Shown here: in pieces, positions 9,626 to 19,553 of the stretch
How the letters are laid out: the number at the start of each line of letters is the position of its first letter
How positions within the stretch are numbered: the first letter of the stretch is position 1
DNA from: Candidatus Azotimanducaceae bacterium
GTDB taxonomy: Bacteria; Pseudomonadota; Gammaproteobacteria; Pseudomonadales; Azotimanducaceae
Direction: 5' to 3'
Assembly: GCA_965248075.1 (NCBI GenBank)
Contig: CBDFIL010000002.1
Coordinates: forward strand, 16,223 to 80,222
Length of the DNA stretch: 64,000 nt
Made by a program: the position numbers and the translations under genes
The notes under the pieces: model-generated
Databases searched by the model: none
What the model saw: the letters and a program-made list of their open reading frames with translations, nothing else
Told to the model about the DNA's origin: nothing

Positions 9626-12600
9626 ATGCGCCCCCTGTCGCTGGACCTCGAGGTCGGCAAGGGAACCGGCCGCATTCACGCGTTCGCCGCGATCCTTGGC
9701 GACGGCAAGTCGCTTACCCGCGGCGGCCTGCGCGCGCGACAGGTGGCGGAGGCCCTGGGTGAGCTCGACGAATTCGCCGACGGAGCGGATTGCCTGCTCG
9801 GGCACAATCTGATCGCCTTCGACATTCCGCACCTGCGCGCCGCGGCGCCCGATCTTGGACTGCTCAACCTTCCGGCCCTGGATACCCTGCTGCTCAGTCC
9901 ACTGGCCTTTCCGGCGAATCCCTACCATCACCTCGTCAAGCACTATCGGGAACCGGCGCTGGTGCGCGGGCAGATCAACGATCCCGAACTCGATGCCCGG
10001 GCGACGCTCGTGCTCTTTGCCGACGCAACCGACGCCCTTCGCGAAGCCGATGTCGATCTGACGCTGGCCTGGCATTGGCTGATTGCCGGGTCGTCCCACG
10101 GTGCCGCCTTCGACGACTTCTTCGCCGCCCTGCGGGGCCGACCCCGACCGACCGAGGCCGAGGCGCGAGCGAGCATCAACCGCAGCCTGGCCGGCGCCGT
10201 CTGCGAGACCTGGAAGCGGGAGGCCGTCGCGAGCGAACGGGACGGCTGGCCACTGGCGTACGCGTTGGCCTGGTTGTCCGTCGCCGGTGGCACCTCCGTG
10301 ATGCCGCCCTGGGTGCGCCACCAGTTCCCCGCGGCGGGATTGCTGGTGCGCCGCCTGCGCGACAGCGCCTGCACGGCGCCCGCTTGCGCCTGGTGCCGGA
10401 AGCGGCACGACGCAACGGCGGAACTCAAACGCTGGTTCGGCTACGACAGTTTCCGCCCGCAGCCGCCGACCGACGACGGTCGGCCGATGCAGCAGGAGAT
10501 CGTGAAGGCCGCGATGGCCGGCGATCCCGTCCTCGGCATCCTCCCCACCGGCGCCGGGAAGTCCCTGTGCTATCAGGTGCCCGCACTGTCCCGCTACGAC
10601 AAGACCGGTGCGCTCACGGTGGTGATTTCCCCCCTGGTGGCACTGATGGCCGATCAGGTCGCGGGTCTCGAAGCGCGCGGGATCGGCTCCTGCGTCACGG
10701 TCAACGGCACGTTGTCGATGCCGGAGCGGGCGGACGCGCTCGACCGGGTGCGGCTGGGGGGAGCCGCCATCCTGCTCATCTCTCCGGAGCAACTGCGCAA
10801 TCTGTCCCTGCGGCGCACGCTCGCGCAGCGGGAGATCGGTGCGTGGGTGCTGGATGAGGCTCATTGCCTGTCCCGTTGGGGACACGATTTCCGTCCCGAC
10901 TACCGTTACGTCGGTCGCTTCATCCGCGAGCGTGCAGGGGAGGGGACTCCACCGCCGGTGATGTGCCTGACGGCCACCGCCAAGCCCGATGTGATCCGGG
11001 ACATCGGCGACTACTTCCGCGAGCATCTGGGCATCGAGTTCACGACCTTCAACGGCGGCGCCCGGCGGGAGAACCTTGATTTCGTCGTGGCCCCCACCGA
11101 GCCGGCGCGCAAGTTCGACGACATCCATCGGGTTCTGACGACAGACCTTCCGCCCGAGCGACCGGGCGGCGCCATCGTCTATTGCGCGACGCGCCGACAG
11201 TGCGAGGAGGTCGCGGAGTACCTCCACCGCAAGGGAATGGCGGCCGGTCACTTCCATGCGGGACTGCCTCCGGAGACCAGGAAGGCCACGCAGCAGCGCT
11301 TCATCGAGGGCGAGTTGCGCGTGATGGTCGCCACGAATGCGTTTGGAATGGGCATCGACAAGCCGGATGTGCGGCTGGTGATTCACGCGGACATTCCGGG
11401 CTCTCTCGAAAACTACCTCCAGGAGGCTGGCCGCGCCGGGCGCGACCGGCAGTTTGCCCGGTGCGTGCTGCTCTACACGCCGGAAGACCTGGAACGCCAG
11501 TTCGGGATGTCGGCGCGTTCGCGCCTCACGCGGCGGGAAATCCACGGCATCCTGCGTGCGTTGCGCAACCTGGACCGGAAGGGTCGCCTGGGCGGCGAGG
11601 TTGTGGCCACGCCCGGCGAAGTCCTGGTCGAGGACGACGAAGACGCGTTCGAGCGGGACAGCACCACGGACGATACGCGCGTGAAGACGGCGGTCGCCTG
11701 GCTGGAAGACGCGACGTTGCTGAGCCGGGAAGAGAATCGCACGCAGGTGTTTCCTTCTTCGCTGCGGGTGGGTTCGGTGGACGAAGCGCGCACTCGCCTC
11801 GCGGCGCGCCGGAACGTGAGCGCGGAGCGACGCGCGATCCTGTTGCGCCTGATCACGGCCTTGATCCAGGCGGACGCGGACGAGGGCGTTTCCACGGATG
11901 ACCTGATGGGGGTCACCGGGCTCAGCTCGGAAGGTGTCCGCCATGCCATGCACGACCTCGAGCAGTTGGGACTCGCCACGAACGACACGGCGCTAACGGC
12001 TTTCGTGCATGCCGGCGTCGGTCACTCTTCCCTTCGACGGTTGCAGGAGTCGGCGGAACTGGAAGCCGGGCTGATCGCGCACATGCGGGAGTCGTCCCCG
12101 GACCTTGAGAAGGGTGTCGCCTCGGTCCTGCATCTGCGCGTCGCGGCGCAGACTCTGAAGAATGCGGCGTTGGCCAACGCCCTGCCCGGGAGACTGCTGC
12201 GGATTCTGCGCAGCATTTCGCAGGACGGTCGTGGCGACGAAGGCGCCGAAGAGGGCTCGGGTGGCAGCGTCGACCTGCACAACCAGGGCGGCGAGACCGT
12301 CACCGTGACGCTGCGGCGACGTTGGACTGCGTTGCAGCACACCGCCGAGATCCGTCGCCATGCCGGCGCCATCCTGCTCGACCACCTGCTTGCGGCGCTA
12401 CCGGCCGGCGTCAGCGGCACCGACCTGCTCGCCGAGACGACGCTCGGCAGGCTCAGGACGGCGCTCGGCGACGATCTCGTCATGAGGAGCGAGAACCGCG
12501 ATCTCGGCAAACTGCTGGACCGCTCGTTGCTGTGGCTGCATGAGCAGGAAGTGATAAGGCTGAACAGGGGCCTTGCAGTATTCCGGCCGGCGATGACCAT

Positions 12601-14806
12601 CCGCCTCGGACAACAGCCGGAGTCGGCGCCGTGGCGTGGCTTCGCGAGTACGGACTTCGAACCGTTGGCGCTGCACTACCGCGAACAGGTCCTGCAGATT
12701 CACGTGATGGCGGAGTTCGCGACGCGGGGCCTGGCCGCCATGGCCGATGCGGTGCGGTTGGCCATGGACTATTTCGCCCTGGAGCGGGAGGAGTTCCTCA
12801 AGCGTTGGCTGCCCGAGACGGACACGGCCCGTCAGGCCACCCCGGAAACCTGGCGTGCCATTGTGGAAGGCTTGAGTCCGGCGCAGCGGCGCATCGTTGC
12901 CGACGACCGCGAACAGACCAACGTCCTGGTGCTCGCCGGCCCGGGGTCGGGCAAGACCCGTGTGCTCGTGCACCGGATCGGCTACCTGCTGCGCATTCGG
13001 CGCGAAGACCCGCGCGGCGTCCTGGCGCTCGCCTACAACCGACATGCCGCCGTCCAGATTCGCCGTCGCCTGACGGAACTCGTGGGCGATGACGCTCGAC
13101 GCGTGACCGTGCTCACCTGCCACGCGCTGGCGATGCGGCTGGTCGGCGCGAGCTTTGCCGCTCTGCCGACGGCGCCGGAGAAGGATCCTGCGGAGGACCC
13201 CTTTGCGCAGGTACTGCGCGAGGCCGTGGCTCTGCTTCGCGGAGCCGGATGGTCGGCGGACGAGGCGGACACGCAGCGCGAACGACTGTTGGCGGGATTT
13301 CGATGGATTCTCGTGGACGAGTACCAGGACATCGACCGGGACCAGTACGACCTCGTTTCGGCCCTGGCGGGACGCACCCTCGATGACAAGGACAGCAGGC
13401 TCAGCCTGTTTGCCGTGGGCGACGACGACCAGAACATCTACGGCTTTGCGGGTGCCTCGGTGGAGTACATCCGCCGCTTCCATGCGGACTACGACGCGCG
13501 TCCAAGTTGGCTGGTCGAGAACTATCGCTCGACAGCGCACATCATCGACGCGTCGAACGCGTTGATCGAACCCGCCAGGGAGCGGATGAAGGTCGACCGC
13601 CCCATCGGGATCAACCTGGATCGAAGGCGGAAGGCGTCCGGTGGGGACTGGGAGGCGATTGATCCCGTCGGCCGAGGCCGGGTCCAGATACTCCCTGCCG
13701 GTACGGACAACACCACTCAGGCGATGGCGGTGGTTGCGGAGTTGCGGCGGCTGCAGGCGTTGGCCGCGGAGGCAGGGGAATGGAATTGGCGGCGGTGCGC
13801 GGTCATTGCGCGGCATTGGGAGACCCTGGAACCGCTACGGAGCCTGTGCGAGCTGGAAGGCATCCCGGTGCAGGTGGCCCGTGAAGATGCCGCGTATTTC
13901 TGGCGGTTGCGCGAGACCCGACGACTACGCGCGTGGTTGGAGGGTCTTGCGCAGCGCCTGGTGGACGCGGCGGGGCTGGAGGCATGGGCGGAGAGAGAAC
14001 CCGACACCAGGTGGATGGAGATGTTGCGGGAGGCCATCGAGGAGTTTCGGCTCGAAGCGGGTGACGCGGAAGTCCCGACCGAGGGCTTTGTCGAGTGGTT
14101 GGCGGAGTGGGGCCGGGAGCAGCGGCGGCGTCAGACCGGTCTGTTGCTGCTCACGGCCCACCGTGCCAAGGGCCTGGAGTTCGACCATGTCGTCGTGTTG
14201 GACGGCGACTGGCGCAGCGCTGGAAGCGGCGAGGATCCCGACGCCTGGAGACGGTTGTTCTACGTCGCCATGACCCGGGCAAGGAAGACCCTGACACTCG
14301 CGCGATTCGCTCAGTCGGGTCGTTACCACGCGCGGGACCCGCTGGAGCTACGGGATGCGCCCCCGGTCCAGCCCATCCCGGAACTGCGCGACAGCCCCGC
14401 CGTGCACCATCGGCCGTTCACGGCGTTGCCCGCGCCGCCGCCCGAGGCGGAGCGGCGTTGGGCGGCACTCTCCTTGCGGGACATCGACCTGAGCTTTCCG
14501 GGCCGCCTTCCCGCGGGGAACCCGATACACTCCGACATTCGCGGCCTCGTGCCCGGCGACGAGCTCTCGCTGCGTACGGACAGATCCCCGTGGGAAGTGA
14601 CGACGCCGCAGGGACGCACGGTGGGCCGTCTGGCGAGAAGTTTCGAATCGTCGGGCCGGGTCCACTCCGCGCGCGTGCGTGCGGTGGTTATCTGGCAGAG
14701 GGCGGACAGCGCGCCGGAATACCAGAACAGCCTTCGCTGCGATGAGTGGGAGGTCGTGGTTCCCGAACTGGTCTTCGAGGGTACCTCCAATGCACCCAAT
14801 GCATAA
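9626..14806 (+). CDS. 1726-aa triple-fusion helicase: DEDD-type 3'-5' exonuclease + RecQ-family helicase core + UvrD/PcrA-family helicase + unassigned C-terminal domain
   Basis: Exonuclease: LSLDLEV...LLGHNLIAFDIPHL. RecQ: PTGAGKSLCYQVPA, VLDEAHCLSRWGHDFRPDY, CLTATA, ATNAFGMGIDKPDVRLVIHADIPGSLENYLQEAGRAGRD. UvrD: LAGPGSGKTRVLVHRIGYLL, ILVDEYQDID, FAVGDDDQNIYGFAGAS, ENYRST, LLTAHRAKGLEFDHVVVLD, FYVAMTRARKTLTL. Start set at ATG 9626 (MRPLSLDLEV), after the upstream gene ends at 9557. Confidence 0.9.
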   Translation: MRPLSLDLEVGKGTGRIHAFAAILGDGKSLTRGGLRARQVAEALGELDEFADGADCLLGHNLIAFDIPHLRAAAPDLGLLNLPALDTLLLSPLAFPANPYHHLVKHYREPALVRGQINDPELDARATLVLFADATDALREADVDLTLAWHWLIAGSSHGAAFDDFFAALRGRPRPTEAEARASINRSLAGAVCETWKREAVASERDGWPLAYALAWLSVAGGTSVMPPWVRHQFPAAGLLVRRLRDSACTAPACAWCRKRHDATAELKRWFGYDSFRPQPPTDDGRPMQQEIVKAAMAGDPVLGILPTGAGKSLCYQVPALSRYDKTGALTVVISPLVALMADQVAGLEARGIGSCVTVNGTLSMPERADALDRVRLGGAAILLISPEQLRNLSLRRTLAQREIGAWVLDEAHCLSRWGHDFRPDYRYVGRFIRERAGEGTPPPVMCLTATAKPDVIRDIGDYFREHLGIEFTTFNGGARRENLDFVVAPTEPARKFDDIHRVLTTDLPPERPGGAIVYCATRRQCEEVAEYLHRKGMAAGHFHAGLPPETRKATQQRFIEGELRVMVATNAFGMGIDKPDVRLVIHADIPGSLENYLQEAGRAGRDRQFARCVLLYTPEDLERQFGMSARSRLTRREIHGILRALRNLDRKGRLGGEVVATPGEVLVEDDEDAFERDSTTDDTRVKTAVAWLEDATLLSREENRTQVFPSSLRVGSVDEARTRLAARRNVSAERRAILLRLITALIQADADEGVSTDDLMGVTGLSSEGVRHAMHDLEQLGLATNDTALTAFVHAGVGHSSLRRLQESAELEAGLIAHMRESSPDLEKGVASVLHLRVAAQTLKNAALANALPGRLLRILRSISQDGRGDEGAEEGSGGSVDLHNQGGETVTVTLRRRWTALQHTAEIRRHAGAILLDHLLAALPAGVSGTDLLAETTLGRLRTALGDDLVMRSENRDLGKLLDRSLLWLHEQEVIRLNRGLAVFRPAMTIRLGQQPESAPWRGFASTDFEPLALHYREQVLQIHVMAEFATRGLAAMADAVRLAMDYFALEREEFLKRWLPETDTARQATPETWRAIVEGLSPAQRRIVADDREQTNVLVLAGPGSGKTRVLVHRIGYLLRIRREDPRGVLALAYNRHAAVQIRRRLTELVGDDARRVTVLTCHALAMRLVGASFAALPTAPEKDPAEDPFAQVLREAVALLRGAGWSADEADTQRERLLAGFRWILVDEYQDIDRDQYDLVSALAGRTLDDKDSRLSLFAVGDDDQNIYGFAGASVEYIRRFHADYDARPSWLVENYRSTAHIIDASNALIEPARERMKVDRPIGINLDRRRKASGGDWEAIDPVGRGRVQILPAGTDNTTQAMAVVAELRRLQALAAEAGEWNWRRCAVIARHWETLEPLRSLCELEGIPVQVAREDAAYFWRLRETRRLRAWLEGLAQRLVDAAGLEAWAEREPDTRWMEMLREAIEEFRLEAGDAEVPTEGFVEWLAEWGREQRRRQTGLLLLTAHRAKGLEFDHVVVLDGDWRSAGSGEDPDAWRRLFYVAMTRARKTLTLARFAQSGRYHARDPLELRDAPPVQPIPELRDSPAVHHRPFTALPAPPPEAERRWAALSLRDIDLSFPGRLPAGNPIHSDIRGLVPGDELSLRTDRSPWEVTTPQGRTVGRLARSFESSGRVHSARVRAVVIWQRADSAPEYQNSLRCDEWEVVVPELVFEGTSNAPNA

Positions 14807-14860
14807 GTGCGGCGTGGTGGCTTGCCTGCGGGTACGTCGCCTTCACGGGCCGGCCAATAG

Positions 14861-15922
<1,062 letters not shown>

Positions 15923-15943
15923 CGCCTGCCACGGAGACGTCGC

Positions 15944-17383
15944 ATGAGCATTCTGTATCGGTCCGCCTTCGATCTCGCGGACGACATCAAGCAGGGCGCA
16001 CTGACCTCGAGCGAGGTGCTGGAGTTCTTTCTGGACCGCGTGGACCGGTTCAATCCAGAGGTCAACGCCGTCGTTCAGCTCGATGCCGACCGGGCGCGCA
16101 GGCGCGCCGCCGAGGCCGATGCCGCGGCCGGTCGGGAGGAAGACTGGGGGCGGCTGCACGGCGTGCCCCTGACCATCAAGGACGCCTACCTGACGGAAGG
16201 GATCGTCAGCGCCAACGGCATGCCGGAGTACCGGGGCAACCTGCCGACCAGAAACTCCGACGGCGTGCAGCGCTACGTCGACGCCGGCGCGATCGTATTC
16301 GGCAAGACGAATACGCCGTATGCCAGCGGTGACTGGCAGACCTTCAACGAACTCTACGGCACGACGAACAATCCGTGGGATGCGAGGCGCACCTGCGGGG
16401 GATCGTCGGGAGGCTCGGGCGCAGCCCTGGCTGCCGCCATGACGCCCCTGGAGCTTGGCGGCGACATCGGGGGATCCATCAGGATTCCGTCCCACTTCAA
16501 TGGCGTGTTCGGCCACAAGCCGAGCCACGGGATTGTCTCGCAGCGCAACCTGGTGGACTGGCAGGACCAACGCGGAGAGCAGGACCTGTGGGTGGTTGGC
16601 CCGATGGGGATCACGGCCCGTGACGTTCGCGACGCGCTGCGGCTGCTGGTGGGGGCGACCGCGGAGAAGGCGGTGGCGTGGCGGGTGGCGCTGCCCGCCG
16701 CACGAACCACCGACGTGACGACGCTGCGTGTGGCTACCTGCTTCGATCGCCCCGGCTACGCGGTGGAAGGGCAAGTCCGGTCCCTGCTCGAGGGGACGGC
16801 GAAGACCCTTGCGCAGCGGGGCGCGAAGGTGGATTAGGACAGGACGCCGGACATCGATTTCGACGAAAACCTCAGCGTCTACCTGCAGCTCATGTACTCC
16901 CACATGAGCGAGGACACTCCCGCGAGTGTGCGTCGGAGCATGACGGAAATGCTGCGTCCGCTGCCCCGTGGCGATGAGATCGTGGCCTCGATGGGCAGTT
17001 CGCTGACACGCTGGCTGGCCGTGCACGAACGGCGGCTGCAGCTCGCGCGGAAGTGGAGCGAGTTCTTCGAGGACTACGATGTGCTGCTCGCGCCGGTGGC
17101 ACTCCTGCCGGCGTTCGTACACGACCGGGCGCCCATGGGGAAGAGAACGTGGACGGTCAACGGAACGGAACGTTCCATGATGTTCGATGTCCTCTTCTGG
17201 GCGGCTTTCTCGCTGGTGACCTACCTGCCGGCTTCCGTGGCCCCCGCGGGGCGCACCCGGGACAATCTGCCCGTCGGCGTGCAGATCGTGGGTCCGTACC
17301 TGGAAGACGAAACCCCGCTGGCGGTGGCGGGGATGCTCGAGCGACATCACGCGGCGTTCGAAGCGCCGCCGGGCTACGCGTAG
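15944..17383 (+). pseudogene. Amidase-signature (AS) family amidase interrupted by a single in-frame TAG
   Basis: ORFs 15944..16837 and 16892..17383 are in the same frame (16892-15944 = 948 = 316x3), separated only by TAG at 16835-16837. AS motif GGSSGGSGAALAAAMTPLELGGDIGGSIRIPSHFNGVFGHKPS. The combined length (~479 codons) is normal for the family. Confidence 0.85.
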
Positions 17384-17560
17384 GGGACGCCCTTGTGGCG
17401 TCCCGGCTCGAAATGCACGCGCGGCGCCGACGCGGGCGAATGTAGGGGACGCCCTTGTGGCGTCCCGGCTCGAATTCATGCGCGGCGCCGACGCGGGCGA
17501 CCACAAGGGGACGGGCGACCACAAGGGGACGGGCGACCACAAGGGTCGCCCCTACAGCAA
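17384..17560. repeat. REP/REPIN-like cluster (GTAG-headed GC-rich palindromes)
   Basis: gtaggggacgcccttgtggcgtccc occurs twice, 62 bp apart. It is followed by gggcgaccacaaggggac x2 and ends with the inverted gggcgaccacaagggtcgcccctac. Stems are GGGACGCC/GGCGTCCC and GGGCGACC/GGTCGCCC. Confidence 0.85.
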
Positions 17561-18018
17561 GGGCGTGGCGAGTTCAGCGGCTTGTTTGCCGCCCGAAACG
17601 GTAAGATGCGCCTCCCTCGCCGCCGAGCCCGCGAGGCGTTTGGCGGCGTTGGGGGGAGGGCCGCGCACGCCGGCCCGGGCGTCGCACAGGATCAATAGGC
17701 AATCTCGAAACGTGTCGCACGCCCGTTACCAACCCGGCGCAGCAAACCTGCCTCTTCCAGGGTTTTCAGGGCGCGTTGCGTCTTCCTTTACAGGGGACGG
17801 GCGACCACAAGGGTCGCCCCTACAGCAAGGGCGTGGCGAGTTCAGCGGCTTGTTTGCCGCCCGAAACGGTAAGATGCGCCTCCCTCGCCGCCGAGCCCGC
17901 GAGGCGTTTGGCGGCGTTGGAGGGAGGGCCGCGCACGCCGGCCCGGGCGTCGCACAGGATCAATAGGCAATCTCGAAAACGTGTCGCACGCCCGTTTACC
18001 AACCCGGCGCAGCAAACC
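17524..18018. repeat. Two direct copies (17524-17748 and 17792-18018) of a ~225-bp module: REP palindrome + structured GC-rich segment + 3' end of a wHTH-encoding gene
   Basis: The copies align end to end and differ by one substitution (gggggg/ggaggg) and two 1-nt homopolymer indels (A3/A4 at 17976-17979, T2/T3 at 17995-17997). The 43 bp between the copies is unique. Confidence 0.9.
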
Positions 18019-19443
18019 GTCGAAGCCCGTGCCGCTCATCAATTCTCGTGTGCTGATCGTGTCGCGCAATGCCGCGACGCGCCAGGACGTCGTCGCCGCG
18101 TCACCCAGGTCGTCCATCACTGCAGGGCCCGTCAGGTCCCGCGCCAGCCCCGCCGCACTACGATAGATCGAGAGCTCGAGGTATGGCGCTCGCCACCGGT
18201 ATCTGGGCAATGGCACCCCCGCCTCTTCGGCCCGGAGGCGCAGCGACTTGAGCCCCAATCCGCGCTCCTCGGCCAGTCTCATCTGCGAAAACACGTAGTG
18301 GAGCACGGGGTTGCGACTCAGCATGGGCGCATCGAGCGATTGCATCTGTTTGAGCGTGATCGGTTCGACCGGCAACCCGGGGCTCATGACCGTGACGCTG
18401 TCCCGTGTCACCGCGACTTGGCACTTGGCCCCGGCGACTCCGTAGTCTCTGTGGATAATCGCGTTGACAATGGCTTCACGCACCATCTCGAAGAACGGGT
18501 CAAGCAAGTCTATGCGTCCGCCGTGCGACCGGTCGATCGGATTCGGGAGCCTCGCGCGCAGCCACCCCATCACCTCTTTGGGGACGAACACTTGCGGGCC
18601 ATCGAAGTCGCGCACCTCCTCTCCGCCGGCGGCAAAGTCTCCGCCGTCGGCAAAGTGGACCGTGCCAAGTATGCCTGCATGGGGAATCGCCGTTCTCGGC
18701 TCGGTCCCGAACAGCAGGTATCCAAATCCCGTGGGCACGGTTTGCCCGGTCCCCGCCTCGCACAAGACGCCGAGCCGTAACAAGCGGCGGGTGAACGTGG
18801 CTTCGTCTTCGGCGATCTGCGCGATGTCCCGGTACCGGTCCAGCGCCAACCGGGACAGATCGTCAAGGTGAACCGCGTTCAACTCCGACTCCAGTTCGGA
18901 CAACCGTTCAGCGAGCGCAGTGGGCTCGTTCTGCCAAGCGTCCGCGCGCGCCACCGCTTGCTCCAGGAACGGTCTGTTCTGGTCGCGGATTTCGCGTTGC
19001 AGATCCGGGTCGAAGAGGCGGACGCTGACTCCGTTGTCCTGCAGGTAACGAATACCCTTGCGGTCTACTGTTGGATCGGGGTCTTCGATGCCAATCCAAA
19101 CCTCCTTGATTCGTGCCCGTACGATCCGCTCGGCGCAGCTGACCTTCGGCGCTTGGCGTGCTCCCGGCGCACACGGCTCCAAGGTCGAGAACAGCACGGC
19201 GTCATCCAATCGAGAATCCTGCAACTTCCGCTCCAGCAGGGTGTACTCGGGGTGGTCGCCTTCCCTCAATTCCCCACGACAAGCGCTCACGTCATCCTCA
19301 TCTGGTCGCCAGATGACGGCACCCACGCCAGGCGTCGCTTTGCCGTCTGCGCGGTGCTCGGGTGTGGACCGCCGCATGACCTGCACGGCATGCTCCATGA
19401 GCTTGCGAGCGTTGAGTTGCGTCGAGTCAGCCATGGCCTGCAT
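17842..19443 (-). CDS. Fusion protein: RibD/CDA-like zinc deaminase domain + Schlafen-related COG2865-type region with HATPase_c_4 (RecG-C-terminal-like) + C-terminal wHTH (tail frameshifted)
   Basis: Deaminase: HPEYTLLERKL...AVLFSTLEPCAPGARQAPKVSCAERIVRARIKEVWIGIEDPDPTVDRKGIRYLQDNGVSV. COG2865-type: FGYLLFGTEPRTAIPHAGI...MVREAIVNAIIHRDY. Start at ATG 19443 or 19434. The orphan copy of the tail reads GLLRRVGNGRATRFEIAY-stop, implying a true stop near 17960 if the two homopolymer indels are removed. Confidence 0.75.
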   Translation of the reverse strand: MQAMADSTQLNARKLMEHAVQVMRRSTPEHRADGKATPGVGAVIWRPDEDDVSACRGELREGDHPEYTLLERKLQDSRLDDAVLFSTLEPCAPGARQAPKVSCAERIVRARIKEVWIGIEDPDPTVDRKGIRYLQDNGVSVRLFDPDLQREIRDQNRPFLEQAVARADAWQNEPTALAERLSELESELNAVHLDDLSRLALDRYRDIAQIAEDEATFTRRLLRLGVLCEAGTGQTVPTGFGYLLFGTEPRTAIPHAGILGTVHFADGGDFAAGGEEVRDFDGPQVFVPKEVMGWLRARLPNPIDRSHGGRIDLLDPFFEMVREAIVNAIIHRDYGVAGAKCQVAVTRDSVTVMSPGLPVEPITLKQMQSLDAPMLSRNPVLHYVFSQMRLAEERGLGLKSLRLRAEEAGVPLPRYRWRAPYLELSIYRSAAGLARDLTGPAVMDDLGDAATTSWRVAALRDTISTRELMSGTGFDGLLRRVGKRACDTFSRLPIDPVRRPGRRARPSLQRRQTPRGLGGEGGASYRFGRQTSR

Positions 19444-19553
19444 TCCCTTCAACCAACCGGCACCGTGGTCGTGCTCAACGACGCCGCACGGCTGCGGCAC
19501 ATGCGGCGCCCGTGACGATGCGGACACCAATCATGCCACATCGTTAGCCTTCA

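Noticed and set aside
9353-11953. Long antisense ORFs opposite real genes (for example 9353..11953, 14843..17542, 26584..29814, 43013..45325, 19963..21696 and 38988..40601)
   Set aside because: These are typical stop-poor alternative frames of high-GC DNA. The products are Arg/Pro/Gly/Ala-rich without motifs, and each overlaps a motif-rich gene on the other strand or frame.
17500-17560. Short tandem repeats (18-bp units here, 22-bp units at 31728-31815) as possible CRISPR arrays
   Set aside because: The units are directly adjacent with no unique spacers. They are pieces of the REP palindromes, and no cas genes are present.
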